A stretch of DNA of 64,000 nt from a bacterium (GTDB lineage Bacteria > Krumholzibacteriota > Krumholzibacteriia > G020349025). The translations under genes and the position numbers were made by a program. The DNA is taken from positions 44,742 through 108,741 of the forward strand of contig JANLSU010000067.1 of assembly GCA_031362565.1 (NCBI GenBank), read 5' to 3'. Positions 19,621 to 28,569 of the stretch are shown here, piece by piece. Numbering within the stretch: position 1 is the first letter of the stretch; each line of letters starts with the position of its first letter. Under the pieces are notes generated by a model. It was not told where the DNA came from. It did no database searches and saw nothing but the letters and a program-made list of their open reading frames with translations.

Positions 19621-21336
19621 GTGGTGACGAACTCCTTACTGCAACGCCTGGCTGCGGCGTGTCGTTTCGCCGTTCTTGCGGGCGCGCTTTTGGTCTTTGG
19701 GTTGGGCGGTTGCGGGAACCAGACCCCGGACGGCTCTCGGGTCATCCTGATCGACAATATTCACGCCAGCAAACAGGCGCCCGAGTTCGGGATGCCGTGG
19801 AACGACTACCGGTATAGCAGGCTGAACGGGGAGAAGCGCCTCTTCGACTTCCTCGGTGCCAACGGCTATCCGCATCGCTATGTGACGCGCTCGGATGCCG
19901 TCAAGCTGACACCGGAGGTCCTGCGCGGCGTGCGTATTTTGATGGTGGACCTCATCGACCCGCAGTGCTTCGATTTCGCACCGGATGAAATTGAAACGGT
20001 GCGTAAATTCGTCAACGGTGGCGGCAGCCTGCTGGTGATTGCGGACCACACCAATGTCTACGACCACGCCCGCCGTTCGAATGCTCTGCTCAAACCGATG
20101 GGCGTCGAGATCGACTACGGCTCGGGCATCGAGCGGGATCCGGACTTGGCGACGGCGGACGGCTACTGGATCCATGTCCGGTCGTTCACCGACCATCCGG
20201 TGACCCGCGAAGTCGAGGCCATCTTCTTCCAAACCGGGGCCACGCTCAGCACTACGCACGGCATCGCCTGCCTCTCGCCACGCGGTTTCCGGGATGACTG
20301 GTACCCGAACCGCAAACATCCGAGCAAGCTCGGCAACGGACTGTTCGAGGTCGGCGAGAAGGCGGGCGCCCTGCCGCTCGTTGCGGCGGGCAACTACGGG
20401 CGTGGCCGGTTCGCCGTGCTGGGCGACGAGAATCTCCTCGGCAACTCGCACTTGTTTGTGGCCAACACCTTCGAGTTCGCCGCCAATCTGTTCGAATGGC
20501 TGGCGGGCGCCGAGGCCTCGGTGCCGCCACTGCGAGCCCGCCTCCAGACGTCGCTACGAGTCGCGTTCGATCTCGAACACTCGCACTGGAACATCACCGG
20601 CAACGACTGCGACCGGTATCATCCCTTCTACATCGATTTCAATCGCGCGCCTGGAATGGTATCGCGCGGCCTGATCGCACTCCGCGGCAAGTGGGATGTG
20701 CTGGTGTTCACGGATCCTGATACGCCGTTTACGGCCGACGAACTGGCCTACGTGCGGGCGCATGCCGAGAACGGCGGCACGGTGATCGTGTTGACCGACG
20801 TGCGGCGGGCGCGGCCCGGCGCGCGGCAACTCCTGTCGGAACTTATTCCGGGTATCGTTCTCAAGGGACGGCGGACATTCGGGCTGGCTCAATTGCCGGC
20901 CGGCGACGAACTCGTGGCCACGGTCACGGCGGCGAATGAATTTCCTCTCGTCTCGCCGACGCTGGCGGTTCAAGGCCTGCACATGGCCGGACACTCGTAT
21001 GCGAATGGCGCTCGCTGTGTACTCGACGTCGACAAATCACAACCCTACTTGGTCCAAGTCACGGCTTCCGGCGGCCAGCCGCTGTTGCAGGCGCAAGTGG
21101 GTCAGGCCGTTGTGGACTTGGCGCGCGTCTATCCGCTGGGCAAGGGCCGCGTCGTGGCGTTCTTCCAGGATGGCTTCTTCCGCAACGAAACCATGGGATT
21201 GGAAGAGCACGCACCGGCGGCACGCACCGCCGACTCCCATCGCGTGGTGTATGAACTCGTGCGCTGGCTGCTGCAACTGTACAGTGCACCGGGAGCGACA
21301 CAGACCGAAGCAGACGAGCTCAAACCCACATTCTAG
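19621..21336 (+). CDS. Putative lipoprotein with two DUF4350/GATase-like domains
   Basis: Signal peptide ending LGGC; 'EIETVRKFVNGGGSLLVIADH...GRGRFAVLGD' and a second 'ELAYVRAHAENGGTVIVL...GKGRVVAF' repeat. Confidence 0.7.
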   Translation: MVTNSLLQRLAAACRFAVLAGALLVFGLGGCGNQTPDGSRVILIDNIHASKQAPEFGMPWNDYRYSRLNGEKRLFDFLGANGYPHRYVTRSDAVKLTPEVLRGVRILMVDLIDPQCFDFAPDEIETVRKFVNGGGSLLVIADHTNVYDHARRSNALLKPMGVEIDYGSGIERDPDLATADGYWIHVRSFTDHPVTREVEAIFFQTGATLSTTHGIACLSPRGFRDDWYPNRKHPSKLGNGLFEVGEKAGALPLVAAGNYGRGRFAVLGDENLLGNSHLFVANTFEFAANLFEWLAGAEASVPPLRARLQTSLRVAFDLEHSHWNITGNDCDRYHPFYIDFNRAPGMVSRGLIALRGKWDVLVFTDPDTPFTADELAYVRAHAENGGTVIVLTDVRRARPGARQLLSELIPGIVLKGRRTFGLAQLPAGDELVATVTAANEFPLVSPTLAVQGLHMAGHSYANGARCVLDVDKSQPYLVQVTASGGQPLLQAQVGQAVVDLARVYPLGKGRVVAFFQDGFFRNETMGLEEHAPAARTADSHRVVYELVRWLLQLYSAPGATQTEADELKPTF

Positions 21337-22232
21337 ATCGGCGCCGGCTTGGATGCGCCTGATCGGAGGGCCGGATAGGCGAGATCGAATCGCCGCCGAT
21401 AGTAGATGCGTGTCGCGGCCACGAGCGCGCCCAGCGCGAGTCCGTACGCTGGCGCCACCTGTGCGGCTGCAAGCGCGTAGGCCGCGGTGCCGCCGACGCA
21501 CACCACCTGGCTCGACACGCGCCGCGGCAGGCAGGCGTTCGCGGCCACGAGCGCGCCCACGACGCCGGTGGCCGTTACGAGCGGCATGCTCCGGTACGGT
21601 GCCACCAATCCGACCGCACCGGCCGCCAAGGCGAGCGCCAACAGACGCGACAGGCGCGGTCCGAGCGCGACACCGATCGTGCGCTTGCCGGTGTGCGCGT
21701 CGCCTTCCAGGTCGAGGAGTGTCGTGTGAACGAAGACCGCCGCGACGGCGAGCCCCGTACCCAGCCACGCCCAAGTGGGCTTCGCATCACCGGCACCGAT
21801 CCACAACGCCAACACCCCATAACCCGCCGCATTGGCGACCAGGTCGAGTCCGGCGCGCGCCGCCAACCGCACCGGCGGCACGCTGTACGCGAATCCTAAG
21901 AGCGCCGCCACGAGGATCCGCCGCGGCGCCGCATCGCCCCATACCGCCACGCCCAGTCCAACCACGGTCAGCACCGCCGCCGCGATCGTGTACGTGCGCG
22001 GCGTGAACAAACCTCTTTGCAGGAAGAACCCCTTGCCGTTCAGGCGATCCGTTTCGCGATCGACGATCTGATTCGCCAGATAGGCGCCGGCGAGCACCAG
22101 GGACAGGGCGGCGAAACGCCCGGCCGGAAACGGCTCCGACGGCGCGTACAAGCGCCAACCGAGCACGAAAAAACTCCATGCCGGAATGAGCACCAAGGGG
22201 CGAAGCGCGAAACAGAAGTCGAGCAGACGCAT
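21333..22232 (-). CDS. UbiA-family prenyltransferase
   Basis: Multi-TM; Asp-rich motifs NQIVDRETDRLN and DLEGDAHTGKRT. Confidence 0.85.
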   Translation of the reverse strand: MRLLDFCFALRPLVLIPAWSFFVLGWRLYAPSEPFPAGRFAALSLVLAGAYLANQIVDRETDRLNGKGFFLQRGLFTPRTYTIAAAVLTVVGLGVAVWGDAAPRRILVAALLGFAYSVPPVRLAARAGLDLVANAAGYGVLALWIGAGDAKPTWAWLGTGLAVAAVFVHTTLLDLEGDAHTGKRTIGVALGPRLSRLLALALAAGAVGLVAPYRSMPLVTATGVVGALVAANACLPRRVSSQVVCVGGTAAYALAAAQVAPAYGLALGALVAATRIYYRRRFDLAYPALRSGASKPAPI

Positions 22233-22264
22233 GCCCGCACAGTACGCGACGCGCGGGCAAGCTG

Positions 22265-23380
22265 TCAGTGGGCCGGGCGTGCCACCGACACGGCGTTCGA
22301 GAGTTCGAAGCCAGTGCCGCCGCCTTGCGCGACGTAGCGGAGTGGACCGGCACGCCGCAACAGTTCGGGGCTCGCGAGATCGTCTTGCGCGAGGGCGGTC
22401 AGGGTCGCCGGGTAGCGTCCGTGCAAGGCCCGGTACACTTCGATGCTCTGCCGCACGGCTTCACGGGCCGATTCCATCTCCAGTTCGACCGCGGCGCGCC
22501 CGGCCGAGGCGCTCGTCACCGCCGGCCCCAACCACAATGCCGCGAGGAGCGAGCCGACGCACACTGCGACCGTCACCATCCAACTGACCGGGCGCGGCAA
22601 CGACCAGAGGTCGCGAATCGACGAGCGCCGCACGAACGCCGGGCGGACGGTGCCAAAGTCGGCAACCGCACGCAACGGCTCCGGCCGCTCGAGAATCCGC
22701 ACCACGCCGGCGTCGGCGCCCTGCGCTACGATCTCGTAGGTCTCGTACTCCGGCACCTTCGCGACTCGCACCAGGTCGCCCAGCCGCATCGCACCCTGCA
22801 CCAGGTTCAGCACGCCGTGGCCGCGGGGGCCCAAGATCGAGGTCGGCGCGCCGCTTAGATCCAGCACGACATCCGGCCCGGGCAGCTTCTCCAAGAGACG
22901 CGGCCATTCGTCGGCGCGCCGCGCGCCTTCCATCAGAATGGAGTCGATCTTGAGCTGGATGCGGTTGCGAAGTCCGGCGAGTGCTTCCTCGCCGCTCACG
23001 AACTGATAGGTTCCCTCGCGCCATCCGAAGGTCGTGTGCACGAGTTCCTGCGCCAAGTCCTCGAGTGCCGCGTGCAGATCCTCTTCGGTCATGTAACGAT
23101 CGGCAACGATGATGTCGGCGAGATCCTCGCGCGATTCCTCGATCCGCGTCCGCAGGAAGCCGCCGGTTTCGGGGTGGATCCAACCGACGCGCAAGAGATA
23201 GTCGAGCAGCGGGTCGTACGCCATGTGGCGGCGGTCGCGGGTGGCGATGAGCCCGCCGCGTTCGAAGTACAACGTCACGGTCTTGGTGCTCTGGCTCAGA
23301 CGCAGGAGCCCCGTCTTTTGCTGGACGGCGACCAGCTGGAGAATCTCGGCGAGCCGGAACTCGCTCAACGATCCCTGCAT
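22265..23380 (-). CDS. DUF4388 (PatA_N-like) domain protein with TM segment and C-terminal pseudopilin-like domain
   Basis: MQGSLSEFRLAEILQLV...KTGLLRL...LYFERG, FGWREGTYQF, ILMEGARRADEW; TM near residues 265-287; C-terminal IEVYRALHGRYPATL. Confidence 0.85.
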   Translation of the reverse strand: MQGSLSEFRLAEILQLVAVQQKTGLLRLSQSTKTVTLYFERGGLIATRDRRHMAYDPLLDYLLRVGWIHPETGGFLRTRIEESREDLADIIVADRYMTEEDLHAALEDLAQELVHTTFGWREGTYQFVSGEEALAGLRNRIQLKIDSILMEGARRADEWPRLLEKLPGPDVVLDLSGAPTSILGPRGHGVLNLVQGAMRLGDLVRVAKVPEYETYEIVAQGADAGVVRILERPEPLRAVADFGTVRPAFVRRSSIRDLWSLPRPVSWMVTVAVCVGSLLAALWLGPAVTSASAGRAAVELEMESAREAVRQSIEVYRALHGRYPATLTALAQDDLASPELLRRAGPLRYVAQGGGTGFELSNAVSVARPAH

Positions 23381-23383
23381 GGT

Positions 23384-25219
23384 TCACACTCCCGGTTGCG
23401 GCGTACGCCGCATGACGCGGCTGTCGCGTTCACGATTGCGGAGCCGCAAGAGCCCCGGCAACCACAAGAATCCGAGCATCAGGGCGCCGATCTGCAGGAC
23501 GCGGATGTCGGCCGCGACGTACCAAGGATCACTGCGTAAGCGCGCCACGTCGACGGCGTGCGCCACGATGAGCAGGGCGCACCAGGCGCAAGCCGTTGCC
23601 AATGCCGCCGGCACCGATGCACCGCGCACCAGATCGGCGGCGCCGGGGAAGAGCGGCGCGATCCATCGCCCCGTCGCCAAGGAGACGCGCCGCCGCCGGT
23701 CGGGCGCGATCATCTCCTCGCCCGGCACCCGCGAGCGCGGTGCGGCGATCTGACACGGGTTGCAGCGATCGTCGACCGGTGATTGCGCGACGCAGTGCGT
23801 ACAGAGCACCGTGCCGCAAGCCGGGCACGGCACCGCGACGCGCCGCAAACGCGGCCCGTACAAGAGCCAGCCGGCCATCGCCGCCAAGAGCCAGATGCTG
23901 AGTCCCGGACGCAAGCCGCGCCACGGGCTCGAGCGCCACGTTTGCACGCTGGCTTCGCGGTGGGCGGGTTGGCGGCGGATCTCGTCGCGCGCCTGTCGCA
24001 GGAGCGTCGCACGCGGCAGCGTCGCATCGAACACCGGCTCCGACTCGTCCCGCCACAAAGCCCGCCGGCGGGCGATGTCGGCCATTCCATGCGCCGCCGC
24101 GGCGCGCAGTTCACGGTCCGATTCGCTGTAGTGCGTGACGCGGATGTAGGTCTGCGCCAGGTTGGCGTACGCCACCGCCAGTGTCGGGTCGAGTGCCTCG
24201 GCAGCGCGATAGCCGGTGGCAGCTCGCTCGTAGTCGCCGGCGCGGAAGAACAGATTCGCGAGGTTCACATACGCCGGCGCCGCCGTCGAATCGGCGCGCA
24301 ATGCCGCCACGAAATGCGCCTGGGCGGCGGCGGTATCGCCGCGGCGCCGCGCCTGCAATCCCAGTACGAGTTCGATATCGGACGATGGACGCGTGTTGCC
24401 CGCCAGGATGCGCTGGAGGGCCGCATCGTGTCCGGCGTCGTTCAAATGGGCGATTTGGGCCGCCTGGGTGCGCGGATCGAGAAGCATCGCGTGGGGCGCG
24501 CAGAATCGCAACCCGAACTCGAGCCCGGCCAGAGCCACGCAGAGCATCGCCAGTGTCCGGCACTCACCACGTCGCAGGAACGGCGCCACCGCGGCCAACA
24601 AGACGAGGGTGCCGACGGCCGGCGACACCAGCCACGCCGACGCCAGCGGGACGATCAAGAGCAGCGTCGCACCGGAGGTCGTTCCGAGAGCTTCACCAAG
24701 CGCGTGACGCGCCAGGCGCAGAGCGCGCAGTGCCAGCAGGAGCGCCAGTGTCATCAGGGTCGCGGTGAACAGGGTGTGCAGTGCGTGCACGCCGCTCTGC
24801 ATCCAGCGTGCTTCCTCGCGCGGATCGAGCCGCAACGCGTGCCACGCATCGGCGATCGCCGCGCACACGCCGGCGACGTCGCCGTGACGTATTGCATCGC
24901 GCGCCCGGCGGAGATGCGGTTCGGTGAGCGCCGGGTCCGCCTGCGCCGCCAGTGCGAGCAGTCCGGCGCGGCGCGGTTCGGGAGTGCGCGCCGCGATCCA
25001 CAACAGGGCCCGCGACAGCGGCTCGGAGCGTTCGGCGCCCGCCTCTCGCTCGCCCTCGAAGTAGGCCCGCACGGCCGCCGTCGGCAACGCCACCGGCGCC
25101 GGCGCGACGTGGCTCGTGCCCGGCGTGGATGGAGCACTCGCGCCATCGCCGGCGGCGCCGGCCGTGGTGCTTGCGCAGCCGATCCACGCGGCGATCGCGA
25201 TGGCGTTCCAGACCCGCAT
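23384..25219 (-). CDS. Membrane protein with TPR repeats and a Cys-rich Zn-finger-like motif
   Basis: Signal peptide ([12 protein letters not shown]..), several TMs, TPRs ([30 protein letters not shown]), [12 protein letters not shown]...RCNPC; ATG 25219 has a GGGAG RBS. Confidence 0.75.
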   Translation of the reverse strand: MRVWNAIAIAAWIGCASTTAGAAGDGASAPSTPGTSHVAPAPVALPTAAVRAYFEGEREAGAERSEPLSRALLWIAARTPEPRRAGLLALAAQADPALTEPHLRRARDAIRHGDVAGVCAAIADAWHALRLDPREEARWMQSGVHALHTLFTATLMTLALLLALRALRLARHALGEALGTTSGATLLLIVPLASAWLVSPAVGTLVLLAAVAPFLRRGECRTLAMLCVALAGLEFGLRFCAPHAMLLDPRTQAAQIAHLNDAGHDAALQRILAGNTRPSSDIELVLGLQARRRGDTAAAQAHFVAALRADSTAAPAYVNLANLFFRAGDYERAATGYRAAEALDPTLAVAYANLAQTYIRVTHYSESDRELRAAAAHGMADIARRRALWRDESEPVFDATLPRATLLRQARDEIRRQPAHREASVQTWRSSPWRGLRPGLSIWLLAAMAGWLLYGPRLRRVAVPCPACGTVLCTHCVAQSPVDDRCNPCQIAAPRSRVPGEEMIAPDRRRRVSLATGRWIAPLFPGAADLVRGASVPAALATACAWCALLIVAHAVDVARLRSDPWYVAADIRVLQIGALMLGFLWLPGLLRLRNRERDSRVMRRTPQPGV

Positions 25220-25286
25220 TCCCACGAACTCCCGAGAGTGTGTTGGCGCGCTTTTCCCCCCATGCATTTGCGCAAGGATCGTGCCC

Positions 25287-25316
25287 TTGCAAAGCGGCTA
25301 CCGGCGCGGCTAGTCT
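25287..25316 (+). promoter_or_regulatory. Probable promoter of asnS
   Basis: TTGCAA (25287-92), 18 bp, TAGTCT (25311-16). Confidence 0.45.
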
Positions 25317-25362
25317 GGAGTTTCTTTGGGCGCGGCGGACCGCGCATCTCCCAGGAGCACGC

Positions 25363-26658
25363 ATGCAGAACACAACGATCGCCGCGATCGGGCAGCACGT
25401 CGGGACGACCGTCCAGTTGCAGGGCTGGGTGTACAACGCGCGCACCGGCGGCAAGCTGTTCTTCCTGATGCTGCGCGACGGGACTGGAATCATGCAGGTC
25501 GTCGGATTCAAGCCCGAGCTTGGTGACGAGCGCTTCGCCGAACTCCAGACCCTGACCCAGGAGTCGTCCGTCCGCGTCTGGGGCGCGGTGCGTGAGGATG
25601 CGCGGGCTCCCGGCGGTTACGAAATGGGCATGCAGGGCTTCGAGATCGTGCAGGTCGCGGCCGAGTTCCCAATCACTCCGAAGGAACATGGCTCGCAGTT
25701 CCTGCTCGATCATCGCCACTTGTGGCTGCGCAGCAAGCGGCAGTTCGCGATTCTCAAGATCCGGGCGCGCACCAAGAAGGCGATTCACGATTTTTTCGAC
25801 GGGCGCGGCTTCACCCTGCTCGATACGCCCATCTTCACGCCCAACGCCTGCGAAGGCACGACGACGCTCTTCGAGACGGAGTATTTCGGCACCAAGGCCT
25901 ATCTCACCCAGAGCGGCCAGTTGTACAACGAGGCGACCGCGGCGGCGTTCCGCAATGTCTACACGTTTGGCCCGACGTTTCGCGCCGAAAAATCCAAGAC
26001 GCGCCGGCATCTCACCGAGTTCTGGATGGTGGAACCGGAGATGGCCTGGGCGCATCTCGAAGACGTCATGCAGCTCGGCGAAGCGATGTTGCTGTATGTC
26101 ATCGAACAGGTGCTGAACGACTGCCGCCCGCTGTTGGTGGAGGGGCTCGAGCGCGACGTGACGAAGCTCGAGGCGGTGCGAAGCCCGTTTCCGCGCCTGC
26201 ACTACGATGACGCGGTGAAGGAGATCCAAGCCGCCGGTCAGCCGTTCGAATGGGGTGCCGATTTTGGCGCCCCGGACGAGACACTCCTGGGCCAGAACCA
26301 CACGAGCCCGGTCCTCGTGCACCATTTCCCGACCGCGATGAAAGCCTTCTACATGCGGCCGGATCCGGAGAGTCCGAAGCACTGTTTCTCGGTGGATTTC
26401 CTGGCCCCCGAAGGCTACGGCGAGATCATCGGTGGCGGCGAACGCGTCTACGATCTCGAATACCTCCAGGCCCAGCTGCACAAGCACGGCCTGCCGGAAG
26501 AAGCGTTCGGGTGGTACCTCGACCTGCGCCGCTATGGTGCCTTCCCGCACGCCGGGTTCGGACTCGGGCTCGAACGCACGGTGGCGTGGCTTTGTGGCCT
26601 CACGCACTTGCGCGAAGCCATTCCGTTCCCGCGTACCATTCAACGTTTAACGCCCTAA
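25363..26658 (+). CDS. asnS: Asparagine--tRNA ligase
   Basis: [76 protein letters not shown]. Confidence 0.97.
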   Translation: MQNTTIAAIGQHVGTTVQLQGWVYNARTGGKLFFLMLRDGTGIMQVVGFKPELGDERFAELQTLTQESSVRVWGAVREDARAPGGYEMGMQGFEIVQVAAEFPITPKEHGSQFLLDHRHLWLRSKRQFAILKIRARTKKAIHDFFDGRGFTLLDTPIFTPNACEGTTTLFETEYFGTKAYLTQSGQLYNEATAAAFRNVYTFGPTFRAEKSKTRRHLTEFWMVEPEMAWAHLEDVMQLGEAMLLYVIEQVLNDCRPLLVEGLERDVTKLEAVRSPFPRLHYDDAVKEIQAAGQPFEWGADFGAPDETLLGQNHTSPVLVHHFPTAMKAFYMRPDPESPKHCFSVDFLAPEGYGEIIGGGERVYDLEYLQAQLHKHGLPEEAFGWYLDLRRYGAFPHAGFGLGLERTVAWLCGLTHLREAIPFPRTIQRLTP

Positions 26659-26739
26659 CGGGCCGCGACCGGAACGTTTCCGGACACGTGCACGCGTCTT
26701 GCACGACGGGGTCCAGACCCGTCTTCGCAGGAGGCGCTT

Positions 26740-26865
26740 GTGCACCGCGGATTACGAATTGTCGTTGCCGTCGTCTCGATGGCGATCGCCGTCGCGTGTG
26801 TTCTCGAGGGCACTCGGAAGAACGACGTGGCGCCGGAGTCGGTGCGTGTCGCGACGCCCTTCTGA
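26740..26865 (+). CDS. Candidate 41-aa small membrane/secreted protein (not in ORF track)
   Basis: AGGAGG (26729-34), 5 nt, GTG; MHRGLRIVVAVVSMAIAVACVLEGTRKNDVAPESVRVATPF*; basic N-terminus followed by a hydrophobic stretch. Confidence 0.45.
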   Translation: MHRGLRIVVAVVSMAIAVACVLEGTRKNDVAPESVRVATPF

Positions 26866-26890
26866 GGCCGCGCCCCGCACCGTTTCAGAT

Positions 26891-28384
26891 TTAGATATCG
26901 CCGCGCACGATGACGTCGCGGGCCCCATCCCAGCTCCATAAACGAAACCGTTGGAGTGGTGGCGCCGGTTCGCCGGGCGGCGGCGTGTCTTCCTGCACCC
27001 ACCACAGTTCGAAACTCGAAAGCCGGTGATCGGGCGGCGTGGGGCGCGAAAGCCCGGCGAGCCAATGCGAGAAGTAGATCCAGTAGGGCCGGTTGGCCGG
27101 CAAGCTCAGCACGAAGAGGTACATCCGCCACATGGGCGAGCGGACCGTCGACAATCCCGCCGGCTTGTCCCAAACCGGCGCGCGCCCGGTGAGTGGATCG
27201 AACGGTTGGCCCAACTCGGTGACACCCTGTACGACCCACCATCCATCGTGCCGCAACGGATCCGGCGCGAACATGCGCCAGCCTTGGCGAAGGTCGAGCA
27301 CGATCGACGGTGCTTGCAGCCACAACGGCACCGCCGCCGGCTTGGACCCCGCCAGCCTGCCGAACGTCACCGCGTAACTGTTGGCGATCATGCTGGTGAG
27401 CAAGATCGCCGTGACGCCGTTGAAGATGTGTTCTTGCACCCCGCCCGGCGCGATGTGTGCGGCGCTCTTCGCCTTGCCGGCGGTGCGCCGCGCCGGCCGG
27501 CCCCAGCGTGAGCTCACCCGCGCCAGCCAGCGCCAATCGTCATCGCCCAGGAGCAACGCGTAGCCGATGATCATGACGAACGGAAACGTACTCAAAACAA
27601 GCGCTACGGCGGTGCCCAGGTGAAAGGTGACCAGCGCCACGATCGCAATGCGCCGCAGAAGCGGTTGCGGGCGCGGCAAGAAGAAGAACAGCAGCACGCT
27701 GTACTCGAGTCCGAGCGTCGCCCAGGTCAAGAACTTCAGGACCGGCAGCGGCCAGCGGCCGATGGCGAGTCCAAGCGGCGTCGCGAATTGGTCGAGGTGG
27801 AGAACGTAGTAGATCGCCGTACCTTCGCCGTGCCACGTCACGCCCGATTTCGCGACCGCGGTCGTGAAGTAGATGAAGCCAATTTGGAAGATGATCGCGA
27901 AAGCCGCCAGCGACGGCCGGCAGCGCTCGGGCGGCGGCGATCCGCCGTGCCGCGCGGCGCGCCGTGCGTCCAGTGACCAGCGCGCGCCGAGCGGCACGAA
28001 CCACGTCCAAACCGCGAGCGCCGTCAGCACGCCGTCGCCGCCGTGCGACATGAGCGGATTCCGGCTCCGGGCGCTCACCAGAAAGATCAAACTTCCGAGA
28101 TGCACCCAGCGCGTTCGCCAGCCGAGGAGCAGCGCCACGTGGCACGCCGCTCCGCAGATGAATGCGAGCCGGGCGGCGCCGGCCGTCTTGATCAAGTCGA
28201 AGAGCGAAAAATGCAGCGGTGCGAAGGCCGGCACCGGCAGGACGCCCGAAACGGTGTAGAACGCCTCGATGTTGACCCAGCGTTCGCCGAGGTCGTACAG
28301 GAGGACCAATGCGAGGAGAATCCGAAACAGTGCCAGCGACCGCGTGTCAATCGTGAACCAGAAGTCTCGCAGGGAAGAGCGCAT
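26891..28384 (-). CDS. HTTM-domain membrane protein (vitamin K-dependent gamma-carboxylase-like superfamily)
   Basis: [11 protein letters not shown]...[17 protein letters not shown]...[40 protein letters not shown]. Confidence 0.85.
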   Translation of the reverse strand: MRSSLRDFWFTIDTRSLALFRILLALVLLYDLGERWVNIEAFYTVSGVLPVPAFAPLHFSLFDLIKTAGAARLAFICGAACHVALLLGWRTRWVHLGSLIFLVSARSRNPLMSHGGDGVLTALAVWTWFVPLGARWSLDARRAARHGGSPPPERCRPSLAAFAIIFQIGFIYFTTAVAKSGVTWHGEGTAIYYVLHLDQFATPLGLAIGRWPLPVLKFLTWATLGLEYSVLLFFFLPRPQPLLRRIAIVALVTFHLGTAVALVLSTFPFVMIIGYALLLGDDDWRWLARVSSRWGRPARRTAGKAKSAAHIAPGGVQEHIFNGVTAILLTSMIANSYAVTFGRLAGSKPAAVPLWLQAPSIVLDLRQGWRMFAPDPLRHDGWWVVQGVTELGQPFDPLTGRAPVWDKPAGLSTVRSPMWRMYLFVLSLPANRPYWIYFSHWLAGLSRPTPPDHRLSSFELWWVQEDTPPPGEPAPPLQRFRLWSWDGARDVIVRGDI

Positions 28385-28391
28385 GTGGCGC

Positions 28392-28400
28392 AGTATACCA
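28392..28400 (-). promoter_or_regulatory. Extended -10 promoter, leaderless HTTM gene
   Basis: Minus strand TGgTATACT (28400-28392), 7 nt, ATG 28384. Confidence 0.55.
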
Positions 28401-28473
28401 TGCTCGACAGTCCCCGGCGCGCCGCTGCCGGGTTCGCCTGTGGCGTGTGACGCGCTCAGTGACCCGGAGCCCG

Positions 28474-28502
28474 TTCCAAGGCCTGTCGCGATCCATTAGA
28501 AT
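28474..28502 (+). promoter_or_regulatory. Probable promoter of uvrA
   Basis: TTCCAA (28474-79), 17 bp, TAGAAT (28497-502). Confidence 0.45.
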
Positions 28503-28569
28503 GTGGGCCTTGATTCGCTGGCCTGATCCCCGACGGCCACAGGGTTCATTGCGAACGGCAGGTGCTTCC

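Noticed and set aside
28552..28566. Possible LexA box (CGAACGGCAGGTGC) upstream of uvrA
   Set aside because: Only the left half matches GAAC-N4-GTTC, and the LexA motif of this lineage is unknown.
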